This document shows, one piece after another, positions 52,301-64,000 of a DNA stretch of 64,000 bases. The DNA lies in contig NW_025964223.1 of assembly GCF_023055435.1 (NCBI RefSeq), positions 27,900,001 through 27,964,000 on the forward strand. Direction: 5' to 3'. Both the position numbers and the translations under genes were made by a program. Origin of the DNA: Haliotis rufescens. Lineage: Eukaryota. Positions within the stretch are counted from its first letter, which is position 1. Each line of letters opens with the position of its first letter. A model generated the notes under the pieces. The model was given only the letters and a program-made list of their open reading frames with translations, made no database searches and was not told where the DNA came from.

Positions 52301-55300
52301 ACCTTTACTCACAACGTTTGGTAGAATACAGGCTTCAAGTACAACATCAACCTCATTATCTACAAACATGCCATCTTCACTTCCACCAACGTCTTCGCAA
52401 TCACATTCCACAACAGAAACATTTTCCCCTTCCCTGACACATTCGACCACAGGAGGTCGACTACAGTCTTCCAGACACACATCATACTCGACTCGTCCCA
52501 CTCAAGGGCAATCTTTATCTTCGTTTAACGCGTTATCGTCTTCAAACGTTACACTATTTCGTCTCATAAAAACAACAAAACCATCTTTACATCCACTGAC
52601 AGTGTCGATCGCGGGAGGCTCTGAAACTGCCCATACATCGACAACGTCAACGAGTGCATCAACCTCAACAAAATCTTGGCAAAGATTGTCGTCAACTACA
52701 GTGACATCCAAGCCACCTGTTGATGAAACAACACGGGACACAAGTAGGTAATATACATAACATATTATGGGAAAATGAAACAAAGATTGGACTGCCAGTG
52801 TGCTTGCTGTTATGCCCTTGTTTAACATCCCAGAGAATGAATGAAGAATGATTTTGACATTCGTGGGAAGACCGTACATACTCTATCGAAAAAAATAATT
52901 ATAATGATTGTATAGTTTTTGGAATGACAGATTCGTACTGACTATAAAACGTACCATTACAATTTACCCAAAACACTTATTGCATGTATTATAATTAACT
53001 TTGTATCATTCCCCTATCGCAAAGATAATGTGCAAGGTTTGTATTGCTGAATCATACTGAATAGTATCATCAAACATAAGAACATACATAGTAAATCATT
53101 TGCCGTTTCCTCGACAACGTCAACGAGTGGAAGATTAAGGTTTACAAACACCACATCATTCTCACCAGTAGACACAGAAGGAAAAGGCTCATCTTCTCCA
53201 ACTGTGTCAACGATTGGAAGGATGCAGTCATCCAAAGCCACATCCGTTTCCTCGGAAACCGGGCAGGAAACATCCTCATCCACAACAACGCCTATGCCAT
53301 CAACACAGGGTGGAATACAGCACTCGACAACCACATCTTCATCTTCCATCACTGACAACGGCAAGCCCTCCAACATCTCTACTCACACTTCAGCAACCCA
53401 ACATATGCTAACAGCTTTAATGTTCGGTGCATCAACCTCAACAAAATCTTGGCAAAGATTGTCGTCAACTACAGTGACATCCAAGCCACCACCTGTTGAT
53501 GAAACAACACGGGACACAAGTAAGTAATATACATAACCTATTATGGGAAAATGAAACAAAGATTGGATTGCCAGTGTGTTTGCTATTATGCCCTTGTTTA
53601 ACATCCAAGAGAATGAATGAAAAATGATTTTGACATTTTTTGGAAGACCGTACATACTGTATCGCATAAATAACTATAATAATTGTATAGTTTTTGGAAT
53701 GACAGATTCGTACTGACTATACAACGTACCATTGCACAACACATGTATTTCGTCTTCAGTGTCATTGATATATGTTTACCCAAAACACTTATTGCATGTA
53801 TTATAATTAACTGTGTATCATTTCCCTATCGCAAAGATAATGTGCAAGGTATATATTGCTGAATTATACTGAATAGTATCACCAATCATCTGCAAACGTT
53901 ACACTATTTCGTCTCATAAAAACAACAAAACCATCTTTACATCCACTGACAGTGTCGATCGCGGGAGGCTCTGAAACTGCCCATACATTGACAACGTCAA
54001 CGAGTGGAAGATTAAGGTTTACAAACATCACATCATTCTCACCAGTAGACACAGAAGGAAAAGGCTCATCTTCCACAACTGTGTCAACGATTGGAAGGAT
54101 GCAGTCCTCCAAAGCCACATCCGTTTCCTCGGAAACCGGGCAGGAAACATCCTCATCCACAACAACGCCTATGCCATCAACACAGGGTGGAATACAGCAC
54201 TCGACAACCACATCTTCATCTTCCATCACTGACAACGGCAAGCCCTCCAACATCTCTACTCACACTTCAGCAACCCAACATATGCTAACAGCTTTAATGT
54301 TCGGTGCATCAACCTCAACAAAATCTTGGCAAAGATTGTCGTCAACTACAGTGACATCCAAGCCACCTGTTGATGAAACAACACGGGACACAAGTAGGTA
54401 ATATACATAACCTATTATGGGAAATGAAACAAAGTTTGGTCTGCCAGTGTGTTTGCTATTATGCCCTTGTTTAACATCCAGGAGAATGAATGAAGAATGA
54501 TTTTGACATTTGTGGGAAGACCGTACATATTGTATCGAAAAAAATAATTATAATGATTGTATAGTTTTTGGAATGACAGATTCGTACTGACTATAAAACG
54601 TACCATTACCATTTACCCAAAACACTTATGCATGTATTATAATTAACTTTGTATCATCCCCCTATCGCAAAGATAATGTGCAAGGTTTGTATTGCTGAAT
54701 CATACTGAATAGTATCATCAAACATAAGAACATACATAGTAAATCATTTGCCGTTTCCTCGACAACGTCAACGAGTGGAAGATTAAGGTTTACAAACACC
54801 ACATCATTCTCACCAGTAGACACAGAAGGAAAAGGCTCATCTTCTCCAACTGTGTCAACGATTGGAAGGATGCAGTCATCCAAAGCCACATCCGTTTCCT
54901 CGGAAACCGGGCAGGAAACATCCTCATCCACAACAACGCCTATGCCATCAACACAGGGTGGAATACAGCACTCGACAACCACATCTTCATCTTCCATCAC
55001 TGACAACGGCAAGCCCTCCAACATCTCTACTCACACTTTAGCAACCCAACATATGCTAACAGCTTTAATGTTCGGTGCATCAACCTCAACAAAATCTTGG
55101 CAAAGATTGTCGTCAACTACAGTGACATCCAAGCCACCACCTGTTGATGAAACAACACGGGACACAAGTAAGTAATATACATAACCTATTATGGGAAAAT
55201 GAAACAAAGATTGGATTGCCAGTGTGTTTGCTATTATGCCCTTGTTTAACATCCCAGAGAATGAATGAAGAATGATTTTGACATTTTTGGAAGACCGTAC

Positions 55301-58300
55301 ATACTGTATCGCATAAATAACTATAATAATTGTATAGTTTTTGGAATGACAGATTCGTACTGACTATACAACGTACCATTGCACAACACATGTATTTCGT
55401 CTTCAGTGTCATTAATATATGTTTACCCAAAACACTTATTGCATGTATTATAATTAACTGTGTATCATTTCCCTATCGCAAAGATAATGTGCAAGGTATA
55501 TATTGCTGAATTATACTGAATAGTATCACCAATCGTCTGCAAACGTTACACTATTTCGTCTCATAAAAACAACAAAACCATCTTTACATCCACTGACAGT
55601 GTCGATCGCGGGAGGCTCTGAAACTGCCCATACATCGACAACGTCAACGAGTGGAAGATTAAGGTTTACAATTATCACATCATTCTCACCAGTAGACACA
55701 GAAGGAAAAGGTTCATCTTCCACAACTGTGTCAACGATTGGAAGGATGCAGTCCTCCAAAGCCACATCCGTTTCCTCGGAAACCGGGCAGGAAACATCCT
55801 CATCCACAACAACGCCTATGCCATCAACACAGGGTGGAATACAGCACTCGACAACCACATCTTCATCTTCCATCACTGACAACGGTAAGCCCTCCAACAT
55901 CTCTACTCACACTTCAGCAACCCAACATATGCTAACAGCTTTAATGTTCGGTGCATCAACCTCAACAAAATCTTGGCAAAGATTGTCGTCAACTACAGTG
56001 ACATCCAAGCCACCACCTGTCGATGAAACAACACGGGACACAAGTAAGTAATATACATAACCTATAATGGGAAAATGAAACAAAGATTGGACTGCCAGTG
56101 TGTTTGCTATTATGCCCTTGTTTAACATCCAAGAGAATGAATGAAGAATGATTTTGACATTTGTGGAAAGACCGTACATACTGTATCGCATAAATAACTA
56201 TAATAATTGTATAGTTTTTGGAATGACAGATTCGTACTGACCATACAACGTACCATTGCACAACACATGTATTTCGTCTTCAGTGTCATTAATATATGTT
56301 TACCCAAAACACTTATTGCATGTATTATAACTAACTGTGTATCATTTCCCTATCGCAAAGATAATGTGCAAGGTATATATTGCTGAATTATACTGAATAG
56401 TATCACCAATCGTCTGCAAACGTTACACCATTTCGTCTCATAAAAACAACAAAACCATCTTTACATCCACTGACAGTGTCGATCGCGGGAGGCTCTGAAA
56501 CTGCCCATACACCGACAACGTCAACGAGTGGGAGGTTAAGGTTTACAAACATCACATCATTCTCACCAGTAGACACAGAAGGAAAAGGTTCATCTTCCAC
56601 AACTGTGTCAACGATTGGAAGGATGCAGTCCTCCAAAGCCACATCCGTTTCCTCGGAAACCGGGCAGGAAACATCCTCATCCACAACAACGCCTATGCCA
56701 TCAACACAGGGTGGAATACAGCACTCGACAACCACATCTTCATCTTCCATCACTGACAACGGCAAGCCCTCCAACATCTCTACTCACACTTCAGCAACCC
56801 AACATATGCTAACAGCTTTAATGTTCGGTGCATCAACCTCAACAAAATCTTGGCAAAGATTGTCGTCAACTACAGTGACATCCAAGCCACCACCTGTTGA
56901 TGAAACAACACGGGACACAAGTAAGTAATATACATAACCTATTATGGGAAAATGATTATGCCCTTGTTTAACATCCAAGAGAATGAATGAAGAATGATTT
57001 TGACATTTTTTGGAAGACCGTACATACTGTATCGCATAAATAACTATAATAATTGTATAGTTTTTGGAATGACAGATTCGTACTGACCATACAACGTACC
57101 ATTGCACAACACATGTATTTCGTCTTCAGTGTCATTAATATATGTTTACCCAAAACACTTATTGCATGTATTATAACTAACTGTGTATCATTTCCCTATC
57201 GCAAAGATAATGTGCAAGGTATATATTGCTGAATTATACTGAATAGTATCACCAATCGTCTGCAAACGTTACACCATTTCGTCTCATAAAAACAACAAAA
57301 CCATCTTTACATCCACTGACAGTGTCGATCGCGGGAGGCTCTAAAACTGCCCATACACCGACAACGTCAACGAGTGGGAGGTTAAGGTTTACAAACATCA
57401 CATCATTCTCACCAGTAGACACAGAAGGAAAAGGCTCATCTTCCACAACTGTGTCAACGATTGGAAGGATGCAGTCATCCAAAGCCACATCCGTTTCCTC
57501 GGAAACCGGGCAGGAAACATCCTCATCCACAACAACGCCTATGCCATCAACACAGGGTGGAATACAGCACTCGACAACCACATCTTCATCTTCCATCACT
57601 GACAACGGCAAGCCCTCCAACATCTCTACTCACACTTCAGCAACCCAACATATGCTAACAGCTTTAATGTTCGGTGCATCAACCTCAACAAAATCTTGGC
57701 AAAGATTGTCGTCAACTACAGTGACATCCAAGCCACCACCTGTTGATGAAACAACACGGGACACAAGTAAGTAATATACATAACCTATTATGGGAAAATG
57801 AAACAAAGATTGGATTGCCAGTGTGTTTGCTATTATGCCCTTGTTTAACATCCCAGAGAATGAATGAAGAATGATTTTGACATTTGTGGAAAGACCGTAC
57901 ATACTGTATCGCATAAATAACTATAATAATTGTATAGTTTTTGGAATGACAGATTCGTACTGACCATACAACGTACCATTGCACAACACATGTATTTCGT
58001 CTTCAGTGTCATTGATATATGTTTACCCAAAACACTTATTGCATGTATTATAACTAACTGTGTATCATTTCCCTATCGCAAAGATAATGTGCAAGGTATA
58101 TATTGCTGAATTATACTGAATAGTATCACCAATCGTCTGCAAACGTTACACTATTTCGTCTCATAAAAACAACAAAACCATCTTTACATCCACTGACAGT
58201 GTCGATCGCGGGAGGCTCTGGAACTGCCCATACATCGACAACGTCAACGAGTGGGAGGTTAAGGTTTACAAACATCACATCATTCTCACCAGTAGACACA

Positions 58301-61300
58301 GAAGGAAAAGGCTCATCTTCCACAACTATGTCAACGATTGGAAGGATGCAGTCCTCCAAAGCCACATCCGTTTCCTCGGAAACCGGGCAGGAAACATCCT
58401 CATCCACAACAACGCCTATGCCATCGACACAGGGTGGAATACAGCACTCGACAACCACATCTTCATCTTCCATCACTGACAACGGCAAGCCCTCCAACAT
58501 CTCTGCTCACACTTCAGCAACCCAACATATGCTAACAGCTTTAATGTTCGGTGCATCAACCTCAACAAAATCTTGGCAAAGATTGTCGTCAACTACAGTG
58601 ACATCCAAGCCACCACCTGTTGATGAAACAACACGGGACACAAGTAAGTAATATACATAACATATTATGGGAAAATGAAACAAAGATTGGTCTGCCAGTG
58701 TGCTTGCTATTATGCCCTTGTTTAACATCCAAGAGAATGAATGAAGAATAATTTTGACATTTGTGGGAAGACCGTACATATTGTATCGAAAAAAATGATT
58801 ATAATGATTGTATAGTTTTTTGGATGACAGATTCGTACTGACTATGAAACGTACCATTACCATTTACCCAAAACACTTATTGCATGTATTATAATTAACT
58901 TTGTATCATTCCCCTATCGCAAAGATAATGTGCAAGGTATATATTGCTGAATCATACTGAATAGTATCATCAAACATAAGAACATACATAGTAAATCATT
59001 TGCCGTTTCCTCGACAACGTCAACGAGTGGAAGATTAAGGTTTACAAACATCACATCATTCTCACCAGTAGACACAGAAGGAAAAGGTTCATCTTCCACA
59101 ACTGTGTCAACGATTGGAAGGATGCAGTCCTCCAAAGCCACATCCGTTTCCTCGGAAACCGGGCAGGAAACATCCTCATCCACAACAACGCCTATGCCAT
59201 CAACACAGGGTGGAATACAGCACTCGACAACCACATCTTCATCTTCCATCACTGACAACGGCAAGCCCTCCAACATCTCTACTCACACTTCAGCAACCCA
59301 ACATATGCTAACAGCTTTAATGTTCGGTGCATCAACCTCAACAAAATCTTGGCAAAGATTGTCGTCAACTACAGTGAAATCCAGTCAACCACCTGTTGAT
59401 GAAACAACACGGGACACAAGTAAGTAATATACATAACATATTATGGGAAAATGAAACAAAGATTGGTCTGCCAGTGTGCTTGCTATTATGCCCTTGTTTA
59501 ACATCCAAGAGAATGAATGAAGAATAATTTTGACATTTGTGGGAAGACCGTACATATTGTATCGAAAAAAATGATTATAATGATTGTATAGTTTTTTGGA
59601 TGACAGATTCGTACTGACTATGAAACGTACCATTACCATTTACCCAAAACACTTATTGCATGTATCATAATTAACTTTGTATCATTCCCCTATCGCAAAG
59701 ATAATGTGCAAGGTATATATTGCTGAATCATACTGAATAGTATCATCAAACATAAGAACATACATAGTAAATCATTTGCCGTTTCCTCGACAACGTCAAC
59801 GAGTGGAAGATTAAGGTTTACAAACATCACATCATTCTCACCAGTAGACACAGAAGGAAAAGGTTCATCTTCCACAACTGTGTCAACGATTGGAAGGATG
59901 CAGTCCTCCAAAGCCACATCCGTTTCCTCGGAAACCGGGCAGGAAACATCCTCATCCACAACAACGCCTATGCCATCAACACAGGGTGGAATACAGCACT
60001 CGACAACCACATCTTCATCTTCCATCACTGACAACGGCAAGCCCTCCAACATCTCTACTCACACTTCAGCAACCCAACATATGCTAACAGCTTTAATGTT
60101 CGGTGCATCAACCTCAACAAAATCTTGGCAAAGATTGTCGTCAACTACAGTGAAATCCAGTCAACCACCTGTTGATGAAACAACACGGGACACAAGTAAG
60201 TAATATACATAACCTATTATGGGAAAATGAAACAAAGATTGGACTGCCAGTGTGTTTGCTATTATGCCCTTGTTTAACATCCAAGAGAATGAATGAAGAA
60301 TGATTTTGACATTTGTGGAAAGACCGTACATATTGTATCGAATAAAATAATTATGATGATTGTATAGTTTTTGGAATGACAGATTCGTACTGACTATAAA
60401 ACGTAACATTACCATTAACCCAAAACACTTATTGCATGTATTATAATTAACTTTGTATCATTCCCCTATCGCAAAGATAATGTGCAAGGTTTGTATTGCT
60501 TAATCATACTGAATAGTATCATCAAACATAAGAACATACATAGTGAATTATTTGCCGTTTCCTTCCAGGAAAATCAGACAACACTGATGACAAGGTTGCC
60601 TTTAGTAAGTATACTTATAAAGAATATTGAATGTTTACGGCAGTTGTGTTTCATGTGTTGACGGGGATGAATATAGTAAACTACATGGGAGCTAAACGTC
60701 TAAGAGAATTCCTTCCGTTCCAGTACTGGAGGTGATCACAAGCTTGACGGGAGCAGCCCTCCTCCTTCTGATGGTGATCACTACAGCAATGTGCTTGTGC
60801 TACAACAAAAGGTATTATATATCTTGTGAGAGAGTATTTATTGCCCATTGTAAGATCGTGGATCCTCAATCAATAAGAGCTGCAATATTAATTTACGAAT
60901 TGTGTGTAGGTCCATTTCCTTGTACGAGAGTAACAAGTGATTTTAACAGAATTATAAAATATGTTTCTTGTACATTGAATGCGATTTTAATAAGGTTTAC
61001 AAACATATACGTTAATGCGATACATTATCCTACTTACATCTCTGATAACCATGCTGAATCACAGCGTACCAAGCTGAGAGTCGTGCAGCCATAGAATAGC
61101 AATTCTGTCTGACATGTTAGTTGCAGCGTTAAAGTGACCGTATCATGAAAACAGCAATAGATTTTTCTCACACCATTATGTAGGCAGTATAATGTACAAT
61201 ACGATTGCCTAGGAACAAAGTGTAAAAACATCAAGTTACCGCTGTTGCGCGTAATTAAAAATACGATTTGTGTGGTCTCTATTTGTAAGAACCCAAACTA

Positions 61301-63586
61301 TGGAATAATTGCCCTTACAAAAGCAAGTATAAAGTGTCAAAACTAACCAAAGCAGCACTGCGACATGTTGGCCATTTGTCGCAATGTCGCGTTGACACAT
61401 TGTCGCGCTTTGAATCATATAGTTTTTAGTTAACAAAAGGGCGACAATGCGACAATGTGACATTTTTTCAAGGTCAAAATATGTCGCATTGTCGCTCTTT
61501 GGTAAAATAAAAATGATATTATTCAAAGCGCGACAACTCGAAAAATGGCCAAAATGTCGCGTTGTCGCATTGTCGCTCTTTTGTTAATTTTGACACTTTT
61601 TACTTGTTTATGTAAGGGCAACAATGCGACAACGTGATAGTGTCCCTTCTAGGATTCCATACAAAAGGAGGCGTGGTTTACTTAGCCTGCAGGCTGATTG
61701 GGTATTACCACCAGCCGGGTACAGAATATACCTATTCGTTTCATTAGTTGTTGGGAGGCCTGTGTATATATACTCTTCCAAAAAAAAAGAAACTATACAT
61801 GCATAAATTTGATAACACTGGACCTGATCGCTTTTGCATGGCAGAATTTGTTTTCTTAAATAATCGTTAAATTTCATTAAATTTTCGAGTAAACATGCAG
61901 ATTGCCGAAACGTAATGTTGTGACGTCGCAACGGAGCAATTTGCCAAAACGCAGCTGCAATGCCATATACCGGCATCATGCAAATTTCTGAACTGTCGTG
62001 ACAATACCTGTCATCAGCCTCACAAGTACCCAGACTACGTCGAATACCGCTCGCCAGACTTGTCCCCTATTGAACATCTACGGGACGTGCTGGATCGTTG
62101 GGTCCGTCAACGTCAACCACCGCCACAGACACTTCAGGAACTGTTTGTGGCGCTTGAGCAGGATTGGCAGAACATCCCCCGCAGTGTTATTCGGACTTCG
62201 CTGCCAAGAGGTGATAGCAGCTCGAGGAGGCCAAAATCGTTACTTTCCACCTACCCCGGGTGTTTTTGTGCCTGTATTTGTTACATGCATATTGTACAAT
62301 AATTAACCTATAAGTACCACTTGTTACACTATTTATGAAATCTAAACTCGAAAAATAAACCCAGTTGCAATCCTGATGTATAGTTTCTTTTTTGAAGAGT
62401 ATAATAGAAAAATTGAATGGATTTCACATATGTCAAGAGTATGGCTAGTGGTGGCGTGTCAAGTAACCTTGGTTTAACGTGAATTATAATTTTCACGTAA
62501 AATATTTTCCTTTTCAATTTTAGGGGCGCGGGTTCCAAAACAAAACAAATGAGATGAGTACCGTAACGCGAAGAATAAACGCATTAAAGAAATAGCATGT
62601 TTCGCACATCGTTTTCTCACCGAATATTGACAGTTTGTGACATTATGTCCGGTTAATCGTTAGACCGTAAGTACAGTCAAGACTCGTTAAACCGACACTT
62701 GTTAATCCGACAATCGGCTTTATCCGACACTAATGATGGGAACCGATTAAATCAGTACTATTTAGACCCGTTAATCCGACAGTGTCGCACTCCGACTCCG
62801 ACACACTTAATTTGCAACGAATTACCGAAATCTCTCATATAACAACGGCTCCAGAGATAAACTTGCTTAACAATAAACAATTAATGCTTTAAATAAAGAA
62901 AACAGTATTAATCACATGCTTGGATTACCTCAATCGCATTGAAATCAGATACAAGTTCTCGCTGTCGCCGAGGATATCCCATTACAGCTTTTCGCGAACT
63001 ATGACCTGCCAATGAAATGACTAACAGGAAGTCAACGTTATTAGCCACTTAGAAAGCAGCTTTCCTAAGCTTTGCGGTTCCAGTATCAAACTTGCGACTG
63101 CCATTCCAGACTATGCTTTTTAAAGTATTTTAAATAAGTCATACAGTCCGTTTAATAGTCGAGCTTTAGAGGTTGTATGATTAGAAAACATATTCCACTA
63201 ACAATGTAACATAACAATATGAACATTTCATTTTTATTTTTTATTACGTGTTTGTATCGTTATCTATCGTGTAGTTGTTCGATTTTCTATCACGAACGTT
63301 GATACTACTTAATTTCGTTTATCCGACATACTCGTTTATCCGACATAATCGTATGCATCAACCATGTCGGATAAACGGGACTTGACTGTATAAGAATCAG
63401 TTAGACAGGTCAACTCATTTTGAGTTTAATATCAATGCCTTGTACTGTTGCAGGATGCACGAGCTGCAACGGAATTCTCGAAAAAGGAAGAAACTGTCAG
63501 GAACCAACGTATCTGCATTGGAATTAAAGAGGAACTCTGTTGTATCATTAGAATCTGGATATGATTCCATTTCAGCGTTGCGCTGA
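49389..63586 (+). CDS. Uncharacterised SUEL-like + CUB-like + mucin-stalk type-I membrane protein (paralogue 1, intact; ~608 aa without array exons); exons 49389-49425, 50180-50560, 51378-51734, 51949-52743, [optional array exons], 60569-60604, 60724-60811, 63454-63586
   Basis: Signal MSPLFFILSLLQCLYLLHG. Cys-rich exon ACY...LC...TC...DCC...YCSRGHRC...DYVSLEYDC. CUB-like exon ending QFLWMVVT, then a Ser/Thr stalk, TM VITSLTGAALLLLMVITTAMCLCY-NKR and tail ...SGYDSISALR*. Exons sum to 1827 nt in frame; AATAAA at 63661. Confidence 0.82.
49513..49802 (-). mobile_element. tRNA(Leu/Ser-like)-derived SINE (family D)
   Basis: Minus-strand head GGGACACGGGTGGCCCAGTCGTCTAAGGCG...GTGGGTTTGAATCCC and an (ACTC)n tail; three copies in the window. 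Confidence 0.75.
52540..60562 (+). repeat. Tandem array of mucin-exon 3' part plus following intron; 10 donor copies, units of ~775 bp (A) or ~846-877 bp (B)
   Basis: Donors ACAA|GTA(A/G)GT follow 52743, 53519, 54393, 55167, 56043, 56920, 57766, 58643, 59419 and 60195. The units carry near-identical S/T-rich ORFs. Confidence 0.95.
61355..61640. repeat. Unclassified element built of direct and inverted TGTCGCATTGTCGC motifs
   Basis: Multiple TGTCGC(A/G)TTGTCGC and GCGACAATGCGACA copies. Confidence 0.55.
61990..62245 (+). mobile_element. Tc1 transposase C-terminal relic
   Basis: SPDLSPIEHLRDVLDR...TLQELFVALEQDWQNIP...RCQEVIAARGGQNRY. Confidence 0.85.
62674..63388. mobile_element. TA-flanked MITE (Tc1/mariner-pogo type) in the last intron of paralogue 1
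   Basis: TA|CAGTCAAGACTCGTTAAACCGACA ... TGTCGGATAAACGGGACTTGACTG|TA. Confidence 0.85.
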
Positions 63587-64000
63587 GGTGGCTGTTCAGT
63601 TCATATGACAATTTATCTGTAGTCAGCTTGTAGTGTATAGTGAAAGGGTTGCCTTACAGAAATAAACGCTGTCTTGGGAGTTATATCAGTTATCAGACAT
63701 CACCACTTTTCGTAAACCCAAAGAAGAAACCTAAAAAGGTCTGGAACGTATAAACTTGCCCCGCATGTAACTATTATTAAGTCACACTGTTCATTGTGAT
63801 GTAGAATGTAAGACGTCGCCGTCGGATATTGCAAAGCGCCAAATTTAAGTTCTGTTGTTGCTCAAAATTGACATACACTCTCCCGTTCCATTGTTTTCTG
63901 CTGAATATGCTTTAAATATTGTAGTAATTGCAACTTTGCAATGTGTCACCTGTACTAGTACATACCATTATTCAAAATGACAACCGTCAATGACTGAGAA

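Noticed and set aside
53014-60415. Repeated minus-strand Val/Asp/Glu-rich ORFs
   Set aside because: Antisense shadows of the Ser/Thr mucin codons and intron repeats.

Overview
Eukaryotic, AT-rich, intron-containing genomic DNA. It is almost certainly from a mollusc; the perlucin-like lectins and the SINE repertoire suggest a gastropod such as abalone, which is an inference. Splicing by hand gives two interleaved multigene families. (1) Five secreted, single-domain, long-form C-type lectin genes on the minus strand, each with 5 exons, identical intron phases (1,0,1,2) and an EPN motif. (2) Three paralogues of an uncharacterised type-I membrane protein: signal peptide, Cys-rich SUEL/Gal-lectin-like domain, CUB-like domain, Ser/Thr/Pro mucin stalk, TM helix and cytoplasmic tail. 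The plus-strand copy (49389-63586) is intact, has a GC-AG intron and an ITIM-like SGYDSI tail motif, and carries a 7.5-kb tandem array of nine extra mucin-exon/intron units. One minus-strand copy has a single in-frame TAA just before the TM exon; the other is a multiply disabled pseudogene. Intergenic and intronic DNA holds tRNA-derived SINEs, MITEs, Tc1 and LINE relics, Penelope-like RT fragments, minimal hammerhead-ribozyme-like motifs, several satellites and one assembly gap. Exon boundaries were read by eye from GT/GC-AG signals and reading-frame continuity, without transcript evidence.
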